A stretch of 64,000 bases of DNA from Planktothrix sp. GU0601_MAG3 (GTDB lineage Bacteria; Cyanobacteriota; Cyanobacteriia; Cyanobacteriales; Microcoleaceae): positions 4,692,578 through 4,756,577 of the forward strand of contig CP136572.1 in the NCBI GenBank assembly GCA_035193785.1, given 5' to 3'. The notes under the pieces are model-generated. The model had not been told where the DNA came from. It was given only the letters and a program-made list of their open reading frames with translations, and did no database searches. The translations under genes and the position numbers were made by a program. Below, piece by piece: positions 22,189 through 33,178 of this stretch (its first letter is position 1; every line of letters begins with the position of its first letter).

Positions 22189-25100
22189 TTATTGTTGTGC
22201 TTTGGCTGCTTGAATTAAATCCCATAGCGTGGAATGATCAAAATCATCAACAAACCTCTGTATCGCTTCGGATAAAACGGGGTCGTTGGTGTTTATCTCT
22301 TTTGAAATGGACTCGATTGAAATGGTGTTGAGGCGAATCACAGCCTGCTCTAAGCGATCAATTAAGTCAGGAGTCAAAGCCACTAAACGGGTTAATATAG
22401 ACACCGACGAAATTTCAGGGTTAGGATTCAAAGAATCTGAGGTTTCCTCTAATGAAAATTCACCTCCACTATAACCCATTCTCACCCCAATCTGTCCATG
22501 GATAGCCTCAAAAATATCTGTTTCTGTAAAAGGTTTACCGATCAGATCATCATACCCCATTGCTTGATTTTGATCAAAGTCTGGAGCAAAGGGGCTGGCA
22601 CTAATCGCAATAATCTTAACGGGCTTAAAGGGTTCTGATTTTGCTTTTTCTAGATCTTTTTCTCGGATTGTCTGCGTTATTTTATCTACCTTTTTCGTAG
22701 GCATTTGTACATCAATTAAAATCAAATCTGGTTGCCAAGTTTCCCACATTTGAATACCCTCTATCTCGTTGTTTGCCTCCTTAATGTCTAAATTCAAAGG
22801 TTGCAGGAGTTCAATCAGCAAAAGTCGGGTATCTGGATGATTGTCAATAATTAAAATTTTGTGATTTTGGGCATCGAGTTCTAAGGGGATCACTTGATTT
22901 TTATTTTTAGGAGTTTCTGAATGAGTATCTGTAACGGCTTGATAGGGAATATCGCACTTAAAAATTGTTCCTGTTCCTACTTCACTTTCTACGTTAATTT
23001 TTCCTCCCATCAGTTGAATAAAATGATTGCTAATTGCTAATCCTAAGCCTGTTCCACCTTGCACTTGCTGTCCAGATTTTGTTTGAATAAATGGTTGAAA
23101 AATTTTTTCTAATTCATCGGCAAAAATTCCACATCCTTGATCTTCAACTTCAAACTCAAGGGCATCTTGATGGTTTATTTTTTTCAGTTTAGACCGCAAA
23201 CTTATCCGGCCAAAGGATGTAAATTTAAAGGCATTACTGAGCAAATTAATTAAGACTTGACGTAACTTAACTTCATCATAAAACACCCTCTGAGGAAGCT
23301 CCGAACTATACTCCAAAACAAAATCCAATTTTTTTTCCTGTGCTTTCAAATCAAACATCTCTTTTAAGCCGTTGAGAAAGTTAGGGAGGTTGAAATTAAT
23401 GGGATTTAGGGTAGTACATCCCGATTCAATTTTAGCCATATCAAGGACATCGCTAATTAATGCTAATAAATGTTCAGCACTGCGATGAATGATCCGAATC
23501 TTTTCCTGGTGTTCTGAGGTTAAATCCGAACTTTTCAGCAGCACTTGAGTAAAACCAAGAATAGCAGTTAAAGGCGATCGCAATTCATGGCTCATATTTG
23601 CCAAAAATGCACTTTTAGCATCGGCGGTGGCTTCTGCTTTTTGTTTAGCGATCGCTAACTCAGCCGTGCGTTCCTCGACTTTGGTTTCCAAAGTTCGATT
23701 AGATTCTGCCAAATTTGCATAAAGTTTAGCATTTTCAATGGCGATCGCCGCCTGGGCGGATAAAAGTTTTAATATTTCTAAACGATCTTGGGTAAATGCA
23801 CCCGTCGCCCGATCATTTTCCAAATACATAATACTGGTCAGTCGTCCTTGACTAATCAAAGGTAAACAGAGAATTGATTTAGACTGTTTGACTTTAATAT
23901 AAGGATCATTAATAAATTTTCCTTCGCAACTAGCATTCTTTAAAACAACGGTTTCTCCCGTATTAACGACATAGTTAATAATAGAATTAGCAACTAAATG
24001 ACTCCCATCCACAGGAATCGACTGTAACACCTTAACCCCATTGAAATCCGCTGATCCTTCGGCTTCAATTAGAAATTCATTTCCAGTTTTTACAATTAAA
24101 TATCCCAGTTGCGCTCCGGCATTTTCGATTAAAACTTTCATTAAAATAATCAGCAATTTATCTATTAAAATTTCACCCGAAATTGCCTGGGATGCCTTGA
24201 TGACCGCAGCTAAATCTAAAACTTCGCCTGACTGGGTTCCCGTTGTGGATTGAGGATTTAGATTCACGGTATAATTCACACTTTTAATTGAGGATAAAGA
24301 AGAAATTAACTGGGGATATTTAGTTTCTAAATCCTCAACTTTCGTTTTAGCTCCCCAACGTTTATAAAGGTAATGGGATTCTTTCATATAAGTTCGAGCA
24401 ATTTTTAACCGACCTCGCCCTAAATAAAACTCAGCCGCTAATTCGTAAGCTAATGCTTCTTCTTGAATAAATTTATTTTTCGATGCTTGAGAAATAGCCT
24501 GTTCATAATAGTCTTCTGCTTCTAGGATTTTTCCCAAAACCCGAGCTTTTTCTGCCTCAACTAAGTAAAATTTATTTAAGAAATTCTCTGGAGCATGAGT
24601 TGCCCATTTTTGCATTTTGTTTTGATTCCTAGTGACTCGATTGATCCAAATTTCTGGGTCGGAATTTGTAGTCTGAGTTGATAATTTTAAATGCACTAAG
24701 GAATCATAAAAATAGAAAATAGGAACAACGATCATTCCCATGACACCATCTAAATTTTGTTCTGCAAGAATGGCATTTTCCTGGGCTTGATCATAATGCT
24801 TAAACAGATAACATAATATCAGTTTGTTTAGATAAAAAAAGTTAATTTGAACTCGATCACTTGCTGCAATTGCCAGGGGAAGGCATTGTTCTTCGTTGTA
24901 AATATTACCCGTTAACTGCATCAGGTTTTCTGATTTTCCTAATAAGTTTTGGGTAGCTTGCCAAAATATAGCAATCCAATTCACAGCGGCTTCTTGTCGG
25001 GTTTGGCTAATAGCTTGACTATAGGTAGCCATCTCTTGTTCAAGATCTCTTAATTCATAACCGACAAAATAGGGACTCACACAAACCCAAAAACCACAAT

Positions 25101-28100
25101 AGCTAGAAAATTCTAATTCTCCATTTTCTAATCCACTATAATACCCTTCAAGAGCAATGGGTCGCATTTTCTGACAATGATCTTTCCAATTAATAATATG
25201 ACCAGCTAAAGCATCATCTACCTTTGCTTTTATTTTTTGGGCGTTTAGTTTTTCAACTAAATTGGAAGCTAAGACCCCAAATTGATAACCGGACTCAATA
25301 TCTTCAATAACTCCACATAAAAGGGCACCATAACACGCATAACCCATGGCGGATTCGGTGGTATTGCCATATTGGATGGATAAATTAACCTGTGATGTGG
25401 TTACTAACAAGAATAACTTAGGATCGGAAATATAGGCTGAAGCAGTTATACTTGAAAGAATATACATCGCTGCTAAGGCTTGGGAATCCCCCATCGGAGG
25501 CAGATTAATTAAATCTTTGATTTCATATTCATTCAAGAGTAAGGCTGTCTGTTTTAAGCTATTATGAATATCTGAATTGCTGGGTTGTTCAGGTAGGCTG
25601 ATACCCAAGATTTTTAGTGCTTCTAAGCCAATTTTAATGGCGGCTTTTAGGTTGCCTTGAGACACCAATGCTTGAATTTTAGCATCATAAACTTTTACTG
25701 TGTCCAGGGCATTTTTAGCCTGATTTAAAACAATGTTTCCCAAGGTTTCCATTTCATTAAAATGACCATTGAGATAGGCGACTTCTATGGCCACTTGATG
25801 CAATGCTAAAGTTAAGGGATATGTCGTCTGCCAACTGCTTTGAGGGAGGAAGTTTAGCCCCCGATTAAAATATTCGGCGGCGGCTTGATAGGCGTTGGCA
25901 GATTTGGCTTTTTGACCTGCCATAAAATTCAGTTTTGAGATCTCATTTTTATCTAGTTTTTCTGATAAAATTGATGTAATATTCTGCCTATTTAACAAAC
26001 CTAAATTTAAGTGATCAACAATTTCAAAAATTTCTTCAGATAGTCGTTCTGGCTGAATATTTTCTAATAATAGACAACCCATTTGTAAATGAATTTCTTG
26101 TTTTTGGGTAGGGTCAATTAAAGCATAAGCCGCTTGTTGTACCCGGTCATGCAAAAATTTATAATCCTGGATTAAAAGTTGAGAATCTAATGCTGAAGTT
26201 GTGAGTATAAAACCAGATTGTAATGCTATAGTCAACTCTTGATAGACTTTGGCGGGAGATTTTTGACTAATAATAGCCAGGGTATTTAAGTCAAAAAAAG
26301 CTCCGACACAAGCGGCAAATTGTAAAATTTGTTGAGTAGATTCTGGGAGTTTCTTGAATTTATTAGTCATCAAATCTATAACATTATCTGTAATATTTTT
26401 ATCTTCAATCTTTTCGATATTCCACTGCCAACTTCCCCTTAAACTTCTGCCCTCAGTTGGGGAAGATGGCGAGGGGGTAAAGGTTAATAAATTTTCACTG
26501 TGGAGCATTTTGAGAAATTCATTAATAAAAAAAGGATTTCCTGCGGTTTTTTGTATGACTAATTCCGCCAAGGGTTTTACGGATAAAATGTCACTGTATA
26601 AAGTATCTGTAATCAGTTGACTCACTGCTTCTAAAGTTAAGGGTTTTAACTGAATATAATTAATTTTTAAGTTCGCCTGATGCAGTTGATTAATCATCTG
26701 CATCAAGGGGTGAGTCGGATGGATTTCGTTATCTCGATAGGCTACCATGATAAATAAGTATTGAATATTGCCATCTGTTAAAATCCGTTCAATTAATTGA
26801 AGACTCGCCCCATCTGCCCATTGCAAATCATCCAGAAAAATTACTAAAGGATGTTCTTTTGTACACAGGGCTTGGATAAAATTTTTGAAAACAAAATTAA
26901 ACCGATTTTTAGATTCTTGCAGCCCGATATTTGCGACGGGAGACTGTTTCCCGATAATTAATTCCACCTCGGGAATAACATCAATAATCACCTGTCCATT
27001 AATGCCCAATACGGTCAATAATTTTTCTCGCCATTGATTAAGTTGTTCTGCACTTTCACTTAAAAGTTGTTTGACCAATTCTTTGAAGGCATTAACAACG
27101 GCAAAATAGGGAATATTTCGCTGAAGTTGATCGAATTTACCTGAAATAAAATAACCTTTTTTTTCAGTAATTGGTTTATAAATTTCTTGAACTAAAGAGG
27201 ATTTACCCATCCCGGAATAACCGGTAATTAACATCACTTCAATTTTATTATTTTCTGTTTTTTGCTGCTCCGAAGATGTGACGCGGGCAAAGGCAGCTAG
27301 GAGTTGATTAACTTCGATTTCCCGTCCGTAAAGCCTTTGGGAAACTTGAAATTTATCCGTAATATCTTGAGTTGCTAAAGGAAAATTATTGAGGCTTTTA
27401 TGTTCCGGCAACGGCTCTAAACAATACTCTAAATCCGCTTGAATTCCCAAGGTACTTTGATATCGATTTTCAGCTATTTTTTCCATTAATTTCATCACTA
27501 TTTTGGATAAAAAAATTGGAATTGATGGCTGAATTTCGTGGGGCGAAATGGGTTGTTTCGCAATATGACAATGGACTAATTCTAAAGGATCTTGCGTGTC
27601 AAAAGGTAACTGTCCAGTCAGGAATTCGTAAAAAGTTACCCCCAAGGAATAAAAATCGGTGCGATAATCTAAGGAGCAGTTCATTCGTCCCGTTTGTTTC
27701 TGGGGAGATATAAGCTAAAGTTCCTTCTAGGAGATTGGGATTTTTTAGAATAGGATTTTCCCGGGTGAAGGTTGTGGAAATCCCGAAATCAATAATTTTT
27801 AGTTCTTCCCCTTTGGGGTTATAGACAATATTAGAAGGATTAATATCTTTATGAATAATACCTACGCCATGAATTTTTCCTAAAATTTTGGTGATTTTAA
27901 TGGCATTTTTAATAAACTGATCAATGGGAAAAGTATATCGTTTTTCCGGGGTAGAATTATTCTGAATAAATTGAGCTAATGAGGATGCTCCAAAATCCTC
28001 TAAAACGATCATAAATGTTCTTTGATGGGGCTCTAAACTATAGGCTTTAATTACCCCGTCTATATCCAGATTTCGGGTGATATGATATTCCTGTCTATAG

Positions 28101-28252
28101 CGAGTTAGTTCGATGGAAGTGGGATAATCTTCTTTTAGGACTTTGAGAATTACAGGTTGATAATTGTCTAAACGAATTCCTCGATAGACCACTGAATTAG
28201 CACTCTGATAAATTTGCTTAACAATTTGATAGTTAGAAATTGAGGTATTCAT
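22189..28252 (-). CDS. Ser/Thr kinase-AAA ATPase-GAF-histidine kinase-REC hybrid (HstK-like); apparent frameshift at GTTTC 27696
   Basis: IHKDINPSN, IIDFG, repaired SPEQTGRMN; Walker A GYSGMGKS; FLDDLQWAD; GAF; MSHELRSPL; REC. Confidence 0.93.
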
Positions 28253-28332
28253 CTGTTATTCTTAGGCACTTCCATATTCTAACCAGTGTTTTCGGTATGC
28301 AGAAGGCTATAAATACTGGTACGGTGTGAGCC

Positions 28333-28428
28333 CCATTCGACTTCGCTCATGACAGGCCATTCGACTTCGCTCATGACAGGCCATTCGACTTCGCTCATGA
28401 CAGGCCATTCGACTTCGCTCAGGAGAGC
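28333..28428. repeat. Tandem array of a 24-bp small dispersed repeat (CCATTCGACTTCGCTCATGACAGG x3 plus a variant 4th copy)
   Basis: Exact 24-nt period, no spacers; related copy at 52015-52038. Confidence 0.9.
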
Positions 28429-28595
28429 CTTTGCAATTTGGATGTTTGATTTGGATATTTAACAGTTTCATAACTTATTATAACTCCAATCGATAGAATA
28501 AATCAATATTTTAATTTTAAATCAAAATATTGACTAAAATTTCAATTCGAGCTAAAATGAAATATGTTAATGAAATCTTAAGGTATTACTAATCT

Positions 28596-29456
28596 GTGAC
28601 TGTAAAAAAAAATCCTCTGGTTAAACCTTTTTTAAAATGGGCGGGAGGGAAACGGCAATTATTACCTGAAATTCTCAAATATCTTCCTAAAAATACTGGT
28701 AAAACTACATACTATGAACCATTTTTAGGAGGAGGTGCACTTTTATTTGAGTTGCAGCCGAAACAAGCAATTGTTAATGATAGTAACAGGGAATTAATTA
28801 ATTGTTATCAAGTTATTAAAGATGATGTTGAAGAACTAATTAAGGTTTTAAAAGTTCACAAAGCCAGAAATTCAAAAGAATATTATGATGATCTTAGGGG
28901 AATTGATCGTTTAAAACAGTATAGTAAATTCTCTGAAGCCGAAAAAGCTGCTCGAATTATTTATTTAAACAAAACTTGTTACAATGGATTATTTAGAGTT
29001 AATTCTAAAGGACAGTTTAACGTTCCCTTTGGTAGTTATAAAAATCCCAATATATTAGACGAGGCTGTATTAAGAGGAGTCAATGATTATTTCAATCAAA
29101 ATATAATAACCTTTTTAAATACTGATTTTGCTGAAGCTGTTAAAGATGCAAAAAAAGGCGATTTTATCTATTTTGATCCTCCTTATGATCCCGTTTCTAA
29201 TACCGCTTCTTTCACCGGATATGATATTAATGGATTTAATCAAAACGAACAAAGACGTTTAAAACAAGTTGTTGATGAATTGACAGAAAAAGGATGTAAC
29301 GTGATGTTGAGTAATTCAGCAACAGAGTTTATTTTAGATTTGTATAAAGATTATACAACAAAAATCGTTTCTGCAACCCGCAGTATTAATTCTAATGCTC
29401 TGAAGCGAGGTAAAATCAATGAGGTTTTAGTGTTAAATTATGTTCCCAAACATTAA
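28596..29456 (+). CDS. Dam/DpnM-family (D12) N6-adenine DNA methyltransferase
   Basis: KWAGGKRQL, EPFLGGG, YLNKTCYNGLFRVN, FDPPY. Confidence 0.95.
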   Translation: MTVKKNPLVKPFLKWAGGKRQLLPEILKYLPKNTGKTTYYEPFLGGGALLFELQPKQAIVNDSNRELINCYQVIKDDVEELIKVLKVHKARNSKEYYDDLRGIDRLKQYSKFSEAEKAARIIYLNKTCYNGLFRVNSKGQFNVPFGSYKNPNILDEAVLRGVNDYFNQNIITFLNTDFAEAVKDAKKGDFIYFDPPYDPVSNTASFTGYDINGFNQNEQRRLKQVVDELTEKGCNVMLSNSATEFILDLYKDYTTKIVSATRSINSNALKRGKINEVLVLNYVPKH

Positions 29457-29461
29457 AATAC

Positions 29462-30760
29462 ATGAGTAACAAAAAACCCGGGAAAAATGATATTGCTTGG
29501 GAAACTTTATTTGAACAATATAGGATTTTAGATATTATTGATCAACAAGGTTATTTTGAAATAGAATCGACTCAAATTAATGAAGAACGAGAAAGTCGGT
29601 TAATGGCTAAGTTTGATCATTCAGTTAATTTACCCCAAATTTTTAAGGATCATAATTTATCCATATTGCCTATTTCTCGTTCAAAATATATTATTGGTTG
29701 TTTTGATGCTTACTTGAATGTTGAATATTCTACTGATATAGAAACTATTGATATAGAGTTTCCGTCTTATATAGAAAGTATAGACTATACCCATCTATAT
29801 TCGGAAGCATCAGCCATCAGTTGTGCATTTAATACAGGAATTATCAACGACTTATTAGGAGAGGAAACACTTTTTACACTTTCTGGAAGAATGTCCTCTG
29901 GTTGCTTTGATTTCAAAATTAAAAATAAAAATTCTTTAAACCCTCACAGTGATCCCATTTCAGTCATTAATAGTCAATGCGAAATAGATGGGGGTTTTGA
30001 AAGTGAAAATTATTTGATTTTAATTGAAGCCAAAAAATATAAAGTTGATGATTTTGTAATTAGGCAATTATATTATCCCTACCGATTATGGTCACAAAAA
30101 ATAACTAAAAAAGTTATTCCTGTTTTGATGACCTATTCCAACGATATATTCAGCTTTTTTATTTATGAGTTTCAAAATGAATCTGATTATAACTCCCTTC
30201 GGTTAATTGAACAAAAAAATTATATTATTGCACCCGAAGAAATTACACAGCAGGATATTTCTGATATTTGTGAAACGATCACTTTAATTCCAGAACCTAG
30301 TATACCATTCCCCCAAGCAAATAACTTTGAACGGGTTATTGACTTACTATCCCTTTTAGTAGAAAGAGATTTAACGAAAGAGGAAATTACAGAAAATTAT
30401 CAATTTGATCAAAGACAAACCGGGTATTATACAAATGCAGGTCAATATCTGGGACTTGTAGAAAAATACAAAGCTGTTGGTACGGGTGATATAACCTTTC
30501 GTTTGACACAGGAAGCAGGAGAAATTTTAAGCAAAAGACAAAAAAATAAATATCTTTCTTTGATCAGGAAAATTTTAGAACATCAAGTTTTTAATACAGT
30601 ATTTCAATTAAATTTATCTAGGGGAAAAATGCCATCAAAAGGAGAAATTTGCCAAATTATCTTGTCTTGTCGTGCTGATATTCAGAAGACCACCCCAGGA
30701 AGACGCCAATCTACTGTTAGTAATTGGATTTATTGGATTTTTAAGCAAATCCAAGATTAA
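29462..30760 (+). CDS. Putative type II restriction endonuclease (PD-(D/E)xK)
   Basis: Starts 5 nt after the MTase; EIDGGFE..LIEAK and RQLYYPYR motifs. Confidence 0.7.
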   Translation: MSNKKPGKNDIAWETLFEQYRILDIIDQQGYFEIESTQINEERESRLMAKFDHSVNLPQIFKDHNLSILPISRSKYIIGCFDAYLNVEYSTDIETIDIEFPSYIESIDYTHLYSEASAISCAFNTGIINDLLGEETLFTLSGRMSSGCFDFKIKNKNSLNPHSDPISVINSQCEIDGGFESENYLILIEAKKYKVDDFVIRQLYYPYRLWSQKITKKVIPVLMTYSNDIFSFFIYEFQNESDYNSLRLIEQKNYIIAPEEITQQDISDICETITLIPEPSIPFPQANNFERVIDLLSLLVERDLTKEEITENYQFDQRQTGYYTNAGQYLGLVEKYKAVGTGDITFRLTQEAGEILSKRQKNKYLSLIRKILEHQVFNTVFQLNLSRGKMPSKGEICQIILSCRADIQKTTPGRRQSTVSNWIYWIFKQIQD

Positions 30761-30881
30761 GATTCATATTTCTATGTATTTTTTTCTGAATTAAGCAAGG
30801 AGAGCGCAATTTCTTCTGATGATTTAGCTTTCAACCTCCCGTGTGTCTGAACAGCAACCGGATGATCATTTTCTGAAGTTG

Positions 30882-31334
30882 TCACTGATTCTCGAACGGT
30901 TTTCTACCATTCAGCGAGAAATGGTGTATCGCTATCTGAACATACTCGCGCAGACTCATCCCTTTTGATGTAGCTAATTCTTGGACTTCAACAGGTACAT
31001 CTACTAACACCATCCCAGAATTATCACTGACCTGATAAAATTCATCTCCCTGCTTAACCGCTACTAGCAAATCTGCATCCAATTGATGCAAATAGTTCAG
31101 TACCGATTCTAACTCGTGGTTTTTAAGTGCTGACTCCAGCTTAGAAACTGCGGCTTGTTGCACACCCAACTTTTCAGCTAACTGAGCTTGGGTTAATCCG
31201 GCTTGAATGCGTAATTCCCGCATTGCGTCCGTCAGGTAAAGTCGCAGATACTCTAGCTTCCCAGCTAAAACGACCTCTGGATCATCACTGACCTGGGTTT
31301 GAAGCCAGTTTTGGAAGTTGTACTGCTGTTTCAT
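30882..31334 (-). CDS. XRE-family HTH antitoxin
   Basis: LRIQAGLTQAQLAEKLGVQQAAVSKLE; start overlaps the toxin stop. Confidence 0.88.
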   Translation of the reverse strand: MKQQYNFQNWLQTQVSDDPEVVLAGKLEYLRLYLTDAMRELRIQAGLTQAQLAEKLGVQQAAVSKLESALKNHELESVLNYLHQLDADLLVAVKQGDEFYQVSDNSGMVLVDVPVEVQELATSKGMSLREYVQIAIHHFSLNGRKPFENQ

Positions 31335-31735
31335 TGGCTTTTTCTCCCCTTGAGTTCGCGTAGTCTTTGTCTTGCTGGTTCTTTATCTCTATCTTTGATT
31401 GCACCGTTGTATTTCTTCATAAAAGCGTGTAGCACTACAAATCGCTGCGGACTTAAAGGAGTTAAGATAAACCGAGGATTGTGTTCGCTTTTAGTCATGC
31501 GGAATTCATACAGATCATCCTCTAATTTCTCGAAGATATCGCTTGTAAGAGAGGCTAAACCCTTAGAACACAGATATCCAAGATTAACTTGAAGACGCTT
31601 CGTTTCTGATAAAGTGAGTACAGAGGACGGCGGATCGGATGGTAACTCCTCTTTTGGTATCATTCTGATGAAGAAAGCCAGTAACTCCTTGGGGACTTCT
31701 CCTCTGATGTCCTGATAAAGTTCCCAACTCCACAT
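31331..31735 (-). CDS. RelE/ParE-like (Gp49-type) toxin upstream of its antitoxin
   Basis: LYEFR..PRF..FVVLHAFMKK..ARQRL signature; toxin-first order. Confidence 0.8.
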   Translation of the reverse strand: MWSWELYQDIRGEVPKELLAFFIRMIPKEELPSDPPSSVLTLSETKRLQVNLGYLCSKGLASLTSDIFEKLEDDLYEFRMTKSEHNPRFILTPLSPQRFVVLHAFMKKYNGAIKDRDKEPARQRLRELKGRKSQ

Positions 31736-31926
31736 CGTGTTCTACCTTTGATCATAATATTCCTTTGGAGGAATGTCAACAACGTTATTATAATCTCTCA
31801 AAGGAATGTTATAGCAGTCGCCCCTAAAATTCAGCATAGGTTGGACTGTTAAAAAGTTAAAAAATGGATAAAACAGGTTTGGAATCAAATCTCGAAATAC
31901 TAGATCCCATAGATTAATCATTTTAA

Positions 31927-31997
31927 AGGCGGCACCCAGATTTGAACTGGGGGTGGAGATTTTGCAGACCTCTGCCTTACCGCTTGGCTATGCCGCC
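31927..31997 (-). tRNA. trnC: tRNA-Cys (GCA)
   Basis: Reverse complement GGCGGCATAGCCAAGCGGTAAGGCAGAGGTCTGCAAAATCTCCACCCCCAGTTCAAATCTGGGTGCCGCCT: acceptor stem, GCA anticodon, TTCAA T-loop, U discriminator. Confidence 0.96.
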
Positions 31998-32013
31998 ATG
32001 ACCATGCAGTTAT

Positions 32014-33003
32014 TTAATATAACACAGGTGTTTCTGAAATAGCAAGTTTTTTTCGCCATTCAGCCACAACTCCTTGCAGGTCAGGGAATACCCAAGGATC
32101 GTACTGAGGATAAACGGGCAACCGTCGCACCAATTCCCAGCCCTTGGGGGCTAGAATCTCCTCTAAGGCTTGATCCCGATCCTGGGGATAGTCGGGGTTC
32201 ACCTCGTCACGGGGGCCGATTCCGCCGAGATCTCGCGCCCCGGCTACCAAACAGGCTAATAAAATATCAGGATTAGTAACTAAATTGGGGGGTATTTGTA
32301 AGGTAATATCATCAGGTAAAATAGAACGGGCGATCGCTACAACTTCGGGTAATTGTTCTAAATTAAAACTGTTTCTGGGATCGCTTTGTTGACGGCCCAA
32401 ACTATGGGGTTGTAAAATTACTTCTTGAATATGTCCCCAGCGTTTATGAATAATTGCGATCGCCTTTAAAGTATCTCCCCAGTCTGCCGAAGTTTCTCCA
32501 ATTCCCAATAATAAACCAGTGGTAAAAGGTATTTTTAATTCTCCCGCCCATTCTAACTGTTGTAACCGCAGTCCTGGGACTTTACTAGGGCAGTGACGAT
32601 GAACAGTTTCTAATAATTTGGGGTTAATTTGTTCTAACATTAAACCTAGAGAAACATTCACCTGTTTTAATTGTTTCATTTCGGTAAAAGTTAACGGCCC
32701 AACATTAGTATGGGGTAAAAATCCGAAAGATATTGCTAACTCGCATAATTCATAAATCAGTTTAAACCAAGCCAAACGTTGAGAACTATGGGGATGGACT
32801 TCTCCACTTAATACTAAAATCTCAATAATTCCTTGGTTTTGAAGTGATTTTAAAATTTTTTCAGCTTCTGTTAAGGTTAACCAGGGACTTTTCCCAATAT
32901 CTGTTCTAAAGTTACAATAACTACAGCGATTAAAACAATCATAGGTCGGAACCAAGGTATAGGCTGGACTATAAGTAATTTGTTTATCGATCATAAATTT
33001 CAT
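32014..33003 (-). CDS. cofG: FO synthase subunit 1 (radical SAM)
   Basis: ITYSPAYTLVPTYDCFNRCSYC, PFTTGLLLGIGE, QIPPNL, DEVNPDY. Confidence 0.92.
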   Translation of the reverse strand: MKFMIDKQITYSPAYTLVPTYDCFNRCSYCNFRTDIGKSPWLTLTEAEKILKSLQNQGIIEILVLSGEVHPHSSQRLAWFKLIYELCELAISFGFLPHTNVGPLTFTEMKQLKQVNVSLGLMLEQINPKLLETVHRHCPSKVPGLRLQQLEWAGELKIPFTTGLLLGIGETSADWGDTLKAIAIIHKRWGHIQEVILQPHSLGRQQSDPRNSFNLEQLPEVVAIARSILPDDITLQIPPNLVTNPDILLACLVAGARDLGGIGPRDEVNPDYPQDRDQALEEILAPKGWELVRRLPVYPQYDPWVFPDLQGVVAEWRKKLAISETPVLY

Positions 33004-33178
33004 TTCATCATAATGATCTTTTTGAATTATAATAGAAAAACCAGGGGTGAGTGCGAGAATACCTCAAAATAATTTATCAAAACTCACCGGTGATCTCAAT
33101 TTAATTATCTGTCAAGTGGTGCTTGGTGCTGCAATGCCACTACTCCACAGTGCCGTTCAACCCTTATTGTTTAATCTC

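Noticed and set aside
28333..28428. Possible CRISPR array
   Set aside because: 24-bp units are directly adjacent with no spacers, and no cas genes are in the window
31800..31930. Integrase att duplication of the tRNA-Cys 3' end
   Set aside because: No second copy of the tRNA end and no integrase found by eye in the window
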